This document shows, piece by piece, positions 47,581 through 60,581 of a DNA stretch of 64,000 nucleotides. Origin of the DNA: Botryllus schlosseri. Its lineage: Eukaryota. A program made the position numbers and the translations under genes. The stretch spans positions 9,672,001-9,736,000 of the forward strand of contig CM119383.1 in assembly GCA_051294905.1 (NCBI GenBank), read 5' to 3'. Below the pieces are notes generated by a model, which saw only the letters and a program-made list of their open reading frames with translations, had not been told where the DNA came from and searched no databases. How positions within the stretch are numbered: position 1 is the stretch's first letter; each line of letters opens with the position of its first letter.

Positions 47581-48804
47581 TGCGGATCTTACACACAAGA
47601 CAATACAGACGAAATACAACCTATTCTGAGGCTGAGTCGCTGACATACATCCCACGGAGCAATTGAATATATCAAGTAGAGCTCACTGCTCGACGCATAT
47701 CGGATTTTTGAGCCAATACCGATAAAACTAATACCTAGCGTCCTGGCACCTTCACCAATAGCCCTGATATATTCGGTCTTATTCAAAAATTACGGTGTCT
47801 AGCTTAGTGCACAGAGCATATATTTGATCAGCTTTACACCAACTGCTACTAGAAATGCTGCCCCGGGGCTCCTGTAATCTATGAGAAATACATTGAGCCC
47901 AGTCAAGCAATCGCAGATTATGGTTATGACTCCAAAATACCATGTTGTGACGTCACGAAAATGCCCAAGATTTTAAACTCTAAGATTCGACTCGATTATA
48001 TCAACATTTTCGAATATTTTCGGTTGACACTCGTCACAGGAAATCGTCAGCAACGGGTGAAGACTTCAGAAAAACTTTGTACATCAAAAGAAGAAACTAG
48101 TATTTGGATATATATAAATTGAATCACCTCCCTGAGCGAAATTGTCACGGCAACTAGGAGACGCCATAAGAGACGGTGTAATTTCGAAAATAGCGCCATC
48201 TCTGTTTGCCGTAGCTGGGACGAGAGGAATATTGCCGGTAATTTCAATGTCGATTTTTATGTCACACGGGTGGCGAAAATGACGCCACCAAGCGCCACAC
48301 GTCCACCGCTTTACACTACTGTAATTATAATGTGTGTGTGCGCCATGACGTTATAATCGGTGAAGCGAAGAATAACATCAAAGATTGGAGCACGCTCGAA
48401 TGAAAATGACTTGAAAAATTCCGTAAAAGAGTCAACGGAACGAACCCGCCAAAACAACGGCATAGGTACGGGAAAATACGCAGGGGTCAACTGTGGAATT
48501 AACCAATGAATTTCAAACGCATTAAATCCGCCCAGCGCGAACAAACGCATGTTTTGTAACAGCACCTTATGCAAATTTTCCTTTACGTAACAATCATTTT
48601 GAATACATGTTCATCGTTGCGAAAAATTCCGCAGCGGGTTCTCAAAATGAGGCGACCGTGAGTTATCGAAGTGAAGTTGAACTCGCACCTGCAGCCTAGG
48701 TGGGGGGATGTTCAATAGTGCCTCTCCCAAAGAACTTCCAGCATTAAACGTGAGAGACAACGAATGGATAGTCCGGCCTTCAAGTAGAAATGAGGATGTG
48801 CCAC

Positions 48805-49528
48805 TAGGGTTGGGTCTTCGGGATCAAATTTGAAATCCCGGGATTAAAAAGTAGTAAAATACTCTCACAAACTACACAAACAACATTCATTCCTTGTCAT
48901 ATTGACACAAAAACATGAGAGCATTAAGAGTATCATGGTTTACACGAGGGGTCTCAAACTCAAATTTGCTCGCGGGCCAATTTCGTAGTTACTGATGACG
49001 CGGCGGGCCGCCGCATCAAATAGGGATATAATATGCATTTCCAAGCAGGCCTTATTTGACGGACCTTGCAGACTGGCATTCCATACACATTGCGAAAATG
49101 TGATTCACTATCATAATGTTCACGTTGGCCACGGAAAAGTCATGTTTTTAAATATTTTATTAAAAATATTGTTGTGCTTGGCATAATTTAGCGAAATAAT
49201 GAGTTATTGACAGTTAGACACCACGCGAGACGACAAATGCACCATGTCAGCGTAAAAGCTGTGGCGTTATGATTTCCGCAGCTAGCGGACTTATGACATG
49301 TGAAATAACATATTCTCCAGTTAAATATTGTCGAATAGCCTACTTGAAAATGCAAAATGCCGACGCGAGCCGCGTGTTTGAGACCACTATTTTAGACAAA
49401 CAGCCGAGTTTGTGACACCGCTTTAGTACCAAAATATGAGATATGGCGCTACGTAAGCCTTGATAGATGCTGTTTACAAATCCCGGGATATCAATGGGAT
49501 TAATCCCGGGATAGGGATCGCAATGCTA
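48805..49528. mobile_element. hAT-type element with ATCCCGGGAT motifs, hosting a nested MITE
   Basis: TAGGGTTG...GATCGCAATGCTA, TSD tgtgccac/tgtgccag (7/8). Confidence 0.75.
48946..49389. mobile_element. Nested Charlie-type MITE
   Basis: GAGGGGTCTCAAAC ... GTTTGAGACCACTA, gcgggcc motifs, flanks gtttacac/ttttagac. Confidence 0.75.
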
Positions 49529-50014
49529 TGTGCCAGTGCACACTGCATTAAAAGTAACGATCGTAAATGAGTAGCGGCTCTAACTACTTTGACCACATGT
49601 GTATGTCTTCAATCACAGGGCGGTGAACGAGATCTCCCGTTGCACCCCGCGCTTTCTTAATATCCCCCGCTCATCCGACAACACGTTGTTGACATCGCAT
49701 GCATAATTCATTTCCGCGAAGTATATTCGCAAGGCCGCCTCGAACCCGGGCGGAAATCTTTACGGGGATCCGCGCAAATGCGAGAAGGCTTATCAAAAAT
49801 TGATACCGCATCGCAAAAGACCATTAAATAACTTCGGAGCTGTTGGATTTGTGAGGGGAATCAAAAATCGCCGGAGCGTTGCGTTTGTGATGCAAGAGCG
49901 GGCGAGCGGATTTAATACTTTGAAAATCGAATCACGTGGTTCGAATCCGAGTCGAATTCGAGAGATGGATTCGTCTACTTGTCCGAACCAAAGTCCCGTT
50001 TAGCGGGTTCCCGG

Positions 50015-50322
50015 GTAAAACCGAGTGACTTTATGAGTCGAGTACAGCCTATCCTGACGCCATAACAGTTATGACTCGAAAAGGTTTAATCATATATTTT
50101 TTCGGCGATTAGAAAAATGATGCCAGTTGCACGCCATACAAAATATTTTCGTATTTCTGGACCAAAACTTTTTCGTGGCGCGTTGTGACGATTGTGAGTG
50201 TGGATCACTATTTGAGCGGTTCCATGAATATTAGTGGCTTTGTGGGATATGTTTAAATCGGTGCTGAGCTACGACAATTGATACTCGGATTCGGATTAAA
50301 GTACTCGAATCGTCCCAGCCTA
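50015..50322 (+). mobile_element. Diverged TAGGGCTGGG-family fragment
   Basis: Right end gtactcgaatcgtcccagccta. Confidence 0.55.
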
Positions 50323-51052
50323 CTGCCGACTAGTAGTCAGGTTAACTTTCAATTCCGACTTATCCTGGCCATTTTAGTAGGCCATGTCCTGGTCTGCGGC
50401 ATTCTCGACCCCTCAAAATAAAGATTGCAGGCGCTGTGACGTCAATGACGCTTGTAAAGTCAATATATCTTTGAAGATTGAATACCTTAACCCAACACAT
50501 TGCCATTCGTGCTGCAGTATGTTGGTTAGCGATGCAAGTCACTGGATATAGCACAAGAAATCTTAATGGCCGCTGATAGATTGTAGGCAACGCGTCTATA
50601 TCAGTACCCCGCGGGAGTGAGTCAAATCGATCGTGACGTATCACCATTATTAGCCGACTCTCTGCTTACAGTACGGACTCATGTGAAATACGCAACATAT
50701 CGACAAGCCATCGATTTCAATAGAGTGTCGACTGTCGAGTGATTACGACGGCTACGACACGTAAAGTGCTAAACTCAATTAAGTCAATCCGCCTGTAGAG
50801 TAGGCCTACAACCTGCGCCACCGCCCACAGGTGAACCAACGCGAAGCTAATTTTACGCGCAGCGAAACATGAAACAGCATGGAGCTATGCAAAATTGTGC
50901 CAGGCGGTAATAATCGCTGTAATATTTCCCCAAATTCGTAATTTTGGCACGTTTTTTGAGGAGATTTTTCCAAGAATCCTTCTCCGGGACAGTGTCTCCG
51001 ATGTCACTATAGCCTCGGGAATTAAACACGAGAAACGACCGTGGTTCACTGC

Positions 51053-51564
51053 TAGGGCTGGGCAAAATCGAGTACCTGAGTGAATCGATTCTGAATCACG
51101 CAATATGCTTCGAGTCGAGTAATCGAGTATCACTAATTATGACGTCATAACAGAGCGTGATGTGTGAAGGTTTAAATATGTATCTTTTATTTCACCACGA
51201 AGAATGTAATGCCTGTTATCCATCACATAAAAGATATTTTGGTATTTTTTCGACCATACCGATTTTATTGCACTTGGTGACAATGTTGCGGGACGATCCT
51301 GACTTTGGAAATCTGCTAGTTCCAGCAACTTCGTAGCTTTGTACTATATGTTTTGTATGCTACGATACGGCCAATCAAGGTTTCAAGCCTTCAACTGCGA
51401 AAATTACTGTCGAAACTATAATTCTCGTTGATAAATTAACTTCCAGTGGCGAGGAGCGTATAATTCCAGTACTCGAAAAAATCGTCTTTTACTACTCGGA
51501 CTCGAATCATCACAATTAATACTCGATTCAGATTCGAGTACTCGAATCATTATGCCCAGCCCTA
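51053..51564 (+). mobile_element. hAT MITE, 512 bp
   Basis: TIR TAGGGCTGGGCA/TGCCCAGCCCTA, TSD ttcactgc/ctcactgc. Confidence 0.93.
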
Positions 51565-51882
51565 CTCACTGCACATGACGTAGAATCATTTTTGATAGGG
51601 ACACATCGTTTGGTTAATTCCTTCCCATTACGGCAGACCGGAAACCTCGATTAGCCTTAGCGCAACATCGGACATGTTCGACACGAAGTATGTTCTGATC
51701 AACTGTTCATCGAAGCAACAATTTTGTGCGGTGACATAGTAACGAAGTGCTTGAGTCATACGTATGGTTAACGAATATGAAAATATCGATTCTGGTACGC
51801 TTAACTGGCATTATTTGCATTCTGATTGTGTGAAAGGTACAAATTTGAACCGCGCACTTCCTTCTTACTATATAGTATATAT

Positions 51883-53071
51883 CAGTGGTTCTCAACCTTT
51901 TTGTCTTCGCGGACCCCTTTTGGACCGTCACGGACCCCGCGGACCCCCTCAAGTTTTAGTTCAAATTTAGCCCAATTCTCTTGCCACCGGCATCTGTCAT
52001 TTGCATATATCAACTATAGGCTTGTGATAAACAGCCACATAATGACCGTTCCTGACAATAAAATCATACTATATGTACAAATTGGCTGGAATATTATTAT
52101 TCCGAAGTGTATTCTGCAGCTGCATTTCTTAAATTATGTGGTCGTGTCTTGAAAATTCACGCATTTCGATGTGATATGAACAAGTGCCGAAAATCCATTT
52201 CCAAAATGGTAAAGGTGGAGGCGAATGTAACATTGCCACCTGACTCTTCCGACGACACCTTCGTGTGTCATCGAAACATATTATTTGACACCCAAATTGA
52301 GAAATAGATTTCAATAAAGTTATCACGTCCAGACTAGTCGCTTCTGTCTGCAGCTCATTTTCAAGATATTCTGGAATATATAGTGGTTATATGTGTAAAA
52401 TACCTGAGTTAATCACACACGATTCAGCAACTGCTGGAGAGACTTTATCAAGTGTCCTAACGCCGAAGCGGCTGGATACAAAAAAGTAAGTGAAACCACG
52501 ACGCAATTATTATACAACTGATATAAGGAGCAGTATTGTAGAGCAGGACTGCCACATATGTAGGCTATAACATAGGAGAAAATGGATAACATGATGTGGA
52601 TTTAACCCCTTTTTAGGAAAAAATAATTTTCACCAAACCTAAACAAAACATCTCTAAACTACAATATGCTTGTATAAGTAGGCCTATGCTATTGGTAATA
52701 AAAGTTGGTTTGCATGGTCGGATTATTCATATCATATAGTGTCATTCTATTGATGTGACTCCTGAAGCCTTAGTAGTTTTGAAGCGAAATTGTCCCGTCA
52801 TTTCCCTAATTTTAAAAAAGTTACAAATTGGTAATAAGTCATTTTGCAAATTTAGAGGTCTCGCGGACCCCCGGTTAAGAACCACTAGCGTGGATATTTC
52901 ATTTCAGACGACCATTCCGTTTATGTAAGTCCTGAAGGTTTAGCAGTTACGAAGCCAATCTGCCTCATGAACTTCGTAGCTTAAAAAATTAAGTAATCAA
53001 TCATGTTGCAAACTTAGAGGCTTCGCGGACCCCCTGAAAATGCTTCACGGACCCCCGGTTGAGAACCACTG
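51883..53071. mobile_element. Charlie/Buster-type hAT non-autonomous element, 1189 bp, with duplicated right end
   Basis: TIR CAGTGGTTCTCAAC/GTTGAGAACCACTG, perfect TSD GTATATAT, inner right end at ~52830-52887. Confidence 0.93.
52150..52380 (-). pseudogene. Frameshifted remnant of a hAT transposase C-terminal dimerisation region
   Basis: Minus frames give PEYLENELQ..KSISQFGC, TFAST and (after a shift) GFSALVHITSK, resembling the Charlie/Buster FATTYLCESGFSALxxIK motif. Confidence 0.6.
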
Positions 53072-55618
53072 GTATATATCGTCGCGGTGAAATCGAAGCA
53101 GCTTATGTCCGTCCTTTCAAATTTCGAGATCCATTTTTCAAATTGATAGAACATCTGGTTTTTGTGAAATGTTCATATTTTTTCCGCCCAAGATATGTTT
53201 GTTTGTTACATTGTTTCAAAGTAAACCGATGGCCAATATAATAATGGCCGAAAGAAAATGAAAGCTTTGCATGAAGTTGAATTTCTCACTATGTCTAAAA
53301 TGGACATACGCTACTTTGATTTCACAGCGACGATATGACGTCATACGGAATACTCGAATGCTCGACTTGACTCAAAGCTTAATTCTGTAAACGATTCAGT
53401 CAGATACTCGATATTGTCCAGCCCGAAATACGCAAACATGCCGCCTGTTTGTAAAGGTTGTATGATACGAGAGATTCCCAAGTTACTCCTCAAACGCACG
53501 AACAGCTCGTTTGAACTTTGCCCTGAACTCCGCTACCCTCCCATTACCATTTCCTTAAAGGCGCTAAACGCTTAATCGCCTGTCGTATCCGAGGTCGTCA
53601 TCTCTTCAAGATTGTATATGTAACGACCAGGCACTATTATCGACCAGTAGCGCGTTAGTCAAAAACAACTTGGAGTTGTGTATCTAGGATGTGACGAGCG
53701 AGATATGACGCAGTAAACAGGATATTTAACGACCGATTTCTAAAAATAGACCTTTCGGAAATGGAAAGAATACACTCGGTTACACAGTCCATGAACCGCT
53801 TACAACGGTCATATATGTGTGTACAAACGAACAACACGGTTTTATTGCAAATATCCGATCGATATTCGTATGGGTTGGTATTTTAAACTGTTGACCAATT
53901 TATCAAATCGACATATGTCACGCCTGGGATATGATATCGATATTTCAATTGGCGTGCAACGCTGGGGTCTCATCGAGGGATGGGTGAAATCGAATCACGT
54001 CTGATTCGAATTAGATGGTGCAGAACTCCCTTAGACCGAATCGAATCCGCAATTGTGGACATTGTTATTGACCGATATTTACAGAGGAACTTAAGACGAT
54101 CCAAACGAAATTCAAAGCGCTTCACACAGAGCGAGATTATGAGAAGTTAGATCTATTGCTCAATGAAACCATAAAAAGGTGTAAGCACATTGAAACTTTT
54201 ATAAAAACGTAGTTAATGTGAACACTGAGCAGACTACCCCGATTCCAAGGAATAACCCTTTCAAAATCTCAAGATTTTGGCAGAACTGACCATCACTTTC
54301 AAATTCATACCATGACCTCGCCGAGACTTGAATCTGAGATGTTCCAATTTAAAAGCGGGCGGGGTATAGCCTTCTACCGTTTCCGCCCTCTATCGACACC
54401 CCAAGACATGTCTAGGGTTTTTTATAAGACTAAATAAACAAACTTTAAAAAAAAAATCTTTCTTTCTTTCATATTTCGAGACTGACCCCCAGAATAGCGT
54501 TAGAGAGTCAAAAATGATGCATCAGTGCGTAGCCACCGTTGCCTGGTTTCGAACAAGCCGCCAACCATGGCCAGATATCGAAAAATCAAAAATACATAAA
54601 AATTTACATGTGGGTGTAGTCGTAATGGTCAAGTTCAAGATCAATACCGAATCGGATCCCTGCCGTTCAGTTAAAGGCATGAAACAACGTGGTATACTTC
54701 CTCCTGTCGTATCCAACCATTTGCAGGCATAGTAAACCAGTTTATGACTCATATTCGGTCACAAACTTGACTTTTAACATGACTATGTTCTTGAAAATCA
54801 CCGAAGCGTGATCACAATTCTCAAACCCCCTCAGAATACATCCCACAACATGGTTTGATGTTTGAAACGGCGAAAAATTACACAGAATACCGTACAAGTC
54901 TACTTCTGATGTTCTGGCAGAATTTCTGACTATATTTCCCACTCGGAAAATATCTGGAAATCTTGGGTGATAACCACTTTTTTAGCCATACGTATTTTCG
55001 GCCGAACTCCTCGCGTAAGACCGTCGGCACTCGAAAATTGTCATGCCTTATTTCTTCGAATTAGGTATCATAAGAATCAGAAGATTGCTAGCTTTCCTTA
55101 CAAACAAAAATGAAGCCTCCAGGACGTAGACAAGAAGAGATATGGCCAGATGAAGTTGACCGATTGCACTGGTGTAATCCGATTTTACAAGGGTTAAAGG
55201 TCGCCAATCTTGGTATTGTGGATTTTTGAAGCTTTTACGGAAGAGAAAAGAAGTATGAAGGTTGTTGAAGCAATGGTTCTTTAAGCGCGAGATCGCCCTT
55301 CACAAGTACGCTAACGCAAGTACGCTGTTGTTGGGAGAGCTGTCAGTCAAAGCCGCATTTGCCCGATGACAAATTGCCATGTAGCCTACGCACAAAGTGC
55401 TTTTTACTGTCGATTTGATTCGACATGCCCGATTCGAAGCATAAAGCATCGGGAATATCTAAAACTCCAAAGTATGAAACATGATTGGGAACCATTTCGA
55501 ATCACAGTTCCCTTGCGACAACTAGCGATTGAAATAGCAGAAGTGGGTCTAGCCAGAAGGTGGTGTTGTGAGAATTTTTGCTTGCGATGTTCGCAGGCAA
55601 GCCCTCATTGCTCACAAG

Positions 55619-56132
55619 TAGGGCTGGGCAAAATCGAGTACCTGAGTGATTCGATTCTGAATCACGGATTATCTCTTCGAGTCGAGTCGAGTATTCGAGT
55701 ATCACTCATTATGACGTCACAACAGAATGTACCATGTCAAAATTCAAATATGTACCTTTTACGCCACCACAAAGGATAAAATGCCTGTTGTCCGTCACAT
55801 CCGTCACTTTGGTATTTTTTCGACCATACCGATTTCATTGAACTTCTTGACAATGTTGTGGGATGATCATGACTTCGGAAATGTGTTATTTCCAGTAGCG
55901 TTCGTAGCTTTGTACTATGTCTCGTATGCCGCGACACGACCGATCATGGTTTCAAGGATTCCTTAGTGGAAAATAATATCCAAACTATACTTCTCGTTAG
56001 TAAACTAGCTTTCAGTTGCGAGGAGCGTATAATTTCAGTACTCGATAAAATCGTCTTTTACTACTCGACTCGAATCATTGAAATTAATACTCGATTCAGA
56101 TTCGAGTACTCGAATCATTGTGCCCAGCCCTA
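55619..56132 (+). mobile_element. hAT MITE, 514 bp, same family as 51053-51564
   Basis: Same TIR, perfect TSD CTCACAAG. Confidence 0.94.
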
Positions 56133-59100
56133 CTCACAAGTCAATATTAAAACCATGCGATCTCACCCGTGTCCGGGGATTATGTATAGTTTTCGCACAA
56201 TCCACAAAAAGAACTTGAAGGGGGGACAGTAGTCATTGACTGCGCTGTAACATTTTACCCATGTCGGCCATGTGCCACTAGGAACTAACTAACTTAACTA
56301 ACATTTGAGCTTACTACGTAGCAGATTGGCATAGATTTGGATATACGGATTTTTCCAATCTGGATTCGGATATAGACAATAATTCTCATGCGAATTTTTG
56401 AAGAATATCCGTCATCATCGGAAATGGGCTAGGATTTGGACAGGACACGAAGTGAATACCGGACATGACTTACCCTATTCTAAAATATGCTCACTCAGAC
56501 CCAAAGGTGATCCCTTCACCTACAAAATCCGCCCAAAAACAGCATAAATAGACTACCATGTGTCCCCTTTTAGGAGGATTTGTACTTTTTTTTTTCAATA
56601 AAAGTAAAATGTACTCCGAGGACGCCCAAATGACCTCCTAGAATCACAATTTACCATACTAAAGGCAAGTACCTTATTGAGTAAGTAGATGCTAGATACG
56701 TAAACCACACCGTTACACAAAAATACCACGTTCCCGGCTACCTCAGAGGTCTGAAAACAGCTGGCGGTCGGTAAGCCCCGCCAAAAGCACACACTCCGCG
56801 GCATGGCGCTGGCAAATTATCGCCCCCGTGTTTGAAAGCCGCGCGATAAATCAACACCAAACCTCTCGCCGCCATGTTGCGGGCCGATTGAACACGTCGA
56901 TATCGCAGTTTATCAAGAGATAGCGCCGCAGTTAGCGAATCATAAAACGCGCGCCGCAACACTCTTGCAAGGTGACCTTAGAGTTCGGGACGCGAGTTTT
57001 GAGATACGGAGCTATCGGCGCGTACGGCGGATACATCACGTAAGCCGAGATGTTGTATTGACAAAACTTGCGCAACGCAAACACGGGAGCCAAATCGCAC
57101 TTGATACCGGTGCCCCACAATTATTTTCTAATGGCTTGATACCGTATGTATATGACAATATGTATACTGCGTACTGAGTGCGGTATAAGCATCTTGTGCA
57201 AATACACAATCACGAGACATACAGGGAACAATTCACGATTTCATCCATCACGGTCGAAATGAGTGTGTTTATTATGGTGGGGTCCGCGGTGGCCGAAGGT
57301 ACGCTTGTACTTACAGACTGCTGGATTTCCAAACCGCGCAACTAGAACTAAAACTAACGAGAGGGGTCGACCTACAAAATCCATCTCCTGGGCGAAACTG
57401 TGAGTGGTGATGGCTCAGAGGCAGCAATGGTTGCAAAAACATCACATCACAGAACACTGCCATCACAAGTTGTTCGGTATCTACTTTTTTCAGTGGGCAA
57501 CTGGAATTAGAACTAGAACGACTCAACAAACAGTACTTTATTGACAGTCAAGTAACAAGATTGTTAGATTATACAAGTCTGTTCCCGGCATTCCAGGGCA
57601 AAGTCCGATCACATGCATGACTTACTAGCAACATCCAAATTATCAGCTCACGTATCTCAGATTGCATTACGCGTCATCGACCTCGTCGTGACGTAGCAGA
57701 TCCACAAACGTAAGGAAATTCCCACTAGCAATTGAAAGATCCGTTGCGGCTAGATGGGCCCTAATCGATACAGCAAGATTGGTTTCGGCGGAAACGCGGA
57801 AGCGTCCAAGTCACGAATTTCGTAAGCCGCGCGCGACGGATGTCTTATCACCTGACGCGCGGCACGATCTAATCGGTGAGGCGCATGCGCGGTTACTGCA
57901 TGCGCGCGCCGTGTAATGCCACGCGAGTCAGACGGACGTTCATTGCTGTTGTTTTTATTGATGGTGTTTAAATGTCTATATTCGTTTAAGTTCGTCCTAC
58001 GTAGATTTCTTCCCGGTGACATACAGGAGTAACGATTTTCAATACATTCCGACACTATTACACGTATAGGCAAACACTGTAAAGTACTCCAGTACAGGTA
58101 TTTTGGAAAATGAGATTTGGTAGAGGTGTCTCATACATTTAGTTGTTATTTTCGAAATTGCCGAACGTATCGTCGCGACAACGTAGAATGATTGATGACT
58201 CCGCTAAAAGTTCAATTCTCGAAAATACATTCTACCGCCACGGTACGGGACTGTTCCGCCCGCGCATCACAGTTATTTCAGTCACAAAGTGATACAAAAC
58301 AATCTCAAAACTTCTAGCTAAATTTGCGACAGCAAAAGTGTAAAATGTGCAAGTACTCTGAAAAAACATGCTCTGGCTCACTCGGAATTCACGCAACCGA
58401 TTTTACAAGCAAGCGGAGACCATGCCAATCAATTTACAAAAAGGGTGCGCAGCCTGGTTAATAAACACAAAACGCATGTCAAAGAAGATTTTTCGATACG
58501 CAGGGCATTGCAACGTAGAAATACTGTTGGAGATTTTTACTGCGCCAGCTCCTGACGTTTGTCGGAAATTGCAGTTTTGTACCATTCAGTCAAATTATGA
58601 TGCTTAAATTGACTTCCCCCGGCGTCAAATTTGCATTTTATTTTTGTCTGAAGACCCCAATGCTTGAGGATTCGGGAAGTTTGCTATGATTGGGTCAGAA
58701 TTCTTATTAATTCTAACACCAACGGTCGCGTCCGCTATGGGAATTCGGCGAAACGCTGGGCCTATGGAAGCCGTTAAAACAATGTGTATTTGCCACCATA
58801 GATTTACTATCATTGTTTTAAGTAATGAGGCATGCTGCCGAATCGGCAAAAACACGGTGTCAACGTCACACGGTGACTTGCCGTTCTTTATGTAAAATGC
58901 AAGACAGAAAACAACTTAATGCCATAAAATGTCATGAAAGATCCGTTGCGCTTGTGGCAGATAGCTCGTTAATCCATTTACGCGTCGCAATGTAACGTCT
59001 GTCATTGCGGCACTTCGTTATGACGTGACGTAAGCCAATTTATTTCATTGAAATGTTGCTAATAGCCGCTAATCGTTTCCAGCGCAAAATCGCGCGCCAG

Positions 59101-59255
59101 CGAAGGATTCTGCATATAGAAGTAATCACGTTTCGCCAGGACACGTCTGTAGAAGATTACTATGCTATAAAACGTAATTAAGACACTAGATGCGTTTGGT
59201 TGATATACTAAGAACATCAATACCCATTCGGAAATTCGTTCCGTTCTGCTACTAC

Positions 59256-60581
59256 CAGACTTGGACAACTAGATAATTCTAGTTGTCTAATTTCACTAAA
59301 TTAGAGCGAAATGCCAGTAATCTAATTCTAATCTAATTTGTGAAATGTTTCCATGCTCTAATTCTAATTCTAATCTAATTTGCGAAATGTTATTATGCTC
59401 TAATTCTAATTCTAATCTAAGTTGTGATGTGACCCTATGCTCTAATTTTAGTTCTTATCTACTTTATTGTTTACCTGAAAATGCCTCTTTATCCGAGGCA
59501 TTCTGCAGCGAGTTAACAAAAATACCCCTCTCGCGTAGGGAAATCCAGCGACAAGCCGCCATCGCCTTACTTAGACCGTGCAAGTTCAGTCATAGAAGTT
59601 ATTGTGATGAATAACAGCTTGCTAACATAGTAGCTTGTAGTCTGCGAGCAACATTCTAGCTTTTAAAACTTACGTTAGTACAACGTCGTTCTGACTGACA
59701 TGGGCGGTGCTCATGGTTACCACAAAAGAAGTAATATTTTATTAAAGTAGTACAATACAACAAGAAATATCATGATCATAAACGACATTTTATTTTGAAC
59801 TATATGAGCTGTACACGATACCCGACAACGCTTTCGATGTTGGGGCTATCCTAGCGAGACATCTTACTGGCTGAAAGACTATCTTGTGCAAGATTGATCT
59901 TGTGGGGAAGTCCTATACCGTTTTCTAATCGTCTCTGTCTTGGCAGTGGCTGGGCCAGCCATGGCACGTCAGGGCAATATGCTTAGTGATACAGCTGACT
60001 CTCCACCGATGGAATGCTGTTGCCATCGCAGAAGCCGTTCGAGCTAGTGTGGAACAGTGTTGTTGTGCACAGGCGAATAGCTTAGTTTGAAACAACAACA
60101 ATAATTTATAACTGAAATAAATGTTAGCATTTCAAAATGCTTTATTTCGCGCTTTTCCAAAATATCAAATCAGATCGCCGGCCGCGATTGCGGTGACCCC
60201 TGGTATAGTAAAAAACGAGCCAAGATTAGTGTACACTGTACAGACGGTAACCATTTTTGTGGTTATGGGAATGCATTGTCCTTTGATATGAACTGATTGT
60301 TGCTGTATTCATTTCCCATTCACAATTTCGTTCAATTTCCAAGTTCTTGCGAATTTAGTAATTCTAATTCTAATCTAATTTGAAAAAATGTTTAGGTCTA
60401 ATTCTAATTCTAATCTAATTTGGAAAAGCTGTGTAGCTCTAATTCTAATTCTAATCTAATTTGGAAAAAACTGCGTAGCTCTAATTCTAATTCTAATCTA
60501 ATTTGGAAAAAACTGTGTAACTCTAGTTCTAATTCTAATCTAATTCAAAAAAGCTGAAAATTTTCTAGTTGTCCAAGTCTG
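59256..60581. mobile_element. hAT-type non-autonomous element, 1326 bp, with ~40-bp subterminal tandem arrays and internal cargo
   Basis: 18-bp TIR CAGACTTGGACAACTAGA/TCTAGTTGTCCAAGTCTG, perfect TSD GCTACTAC. Confidence 0.94.
60358..60546. repeat. ~40-bp tandem array (CTAATTCTAATTCTAATCTAATTT + variable part), ~5 units
   Basis: Directly visible; a same-orientation array lies at 59325-59420. Confidence 0.9.

Noticed and set aside
49895-49965. tRNA-like GGTTCGAATCC B-box
   Set aside because: No cloverleaf; the segment matches a repeat end at ~53985-54050 (gaaatcgaatcacgt..ttcgaat).
60358-60546. CRISPR-like repeat/spacer pattern
   Set aside because: Eukaryotic context, spacers only ~16 bp and similar to each other, no cas genes; lies inside a TIR/TSD-bounded transposon.
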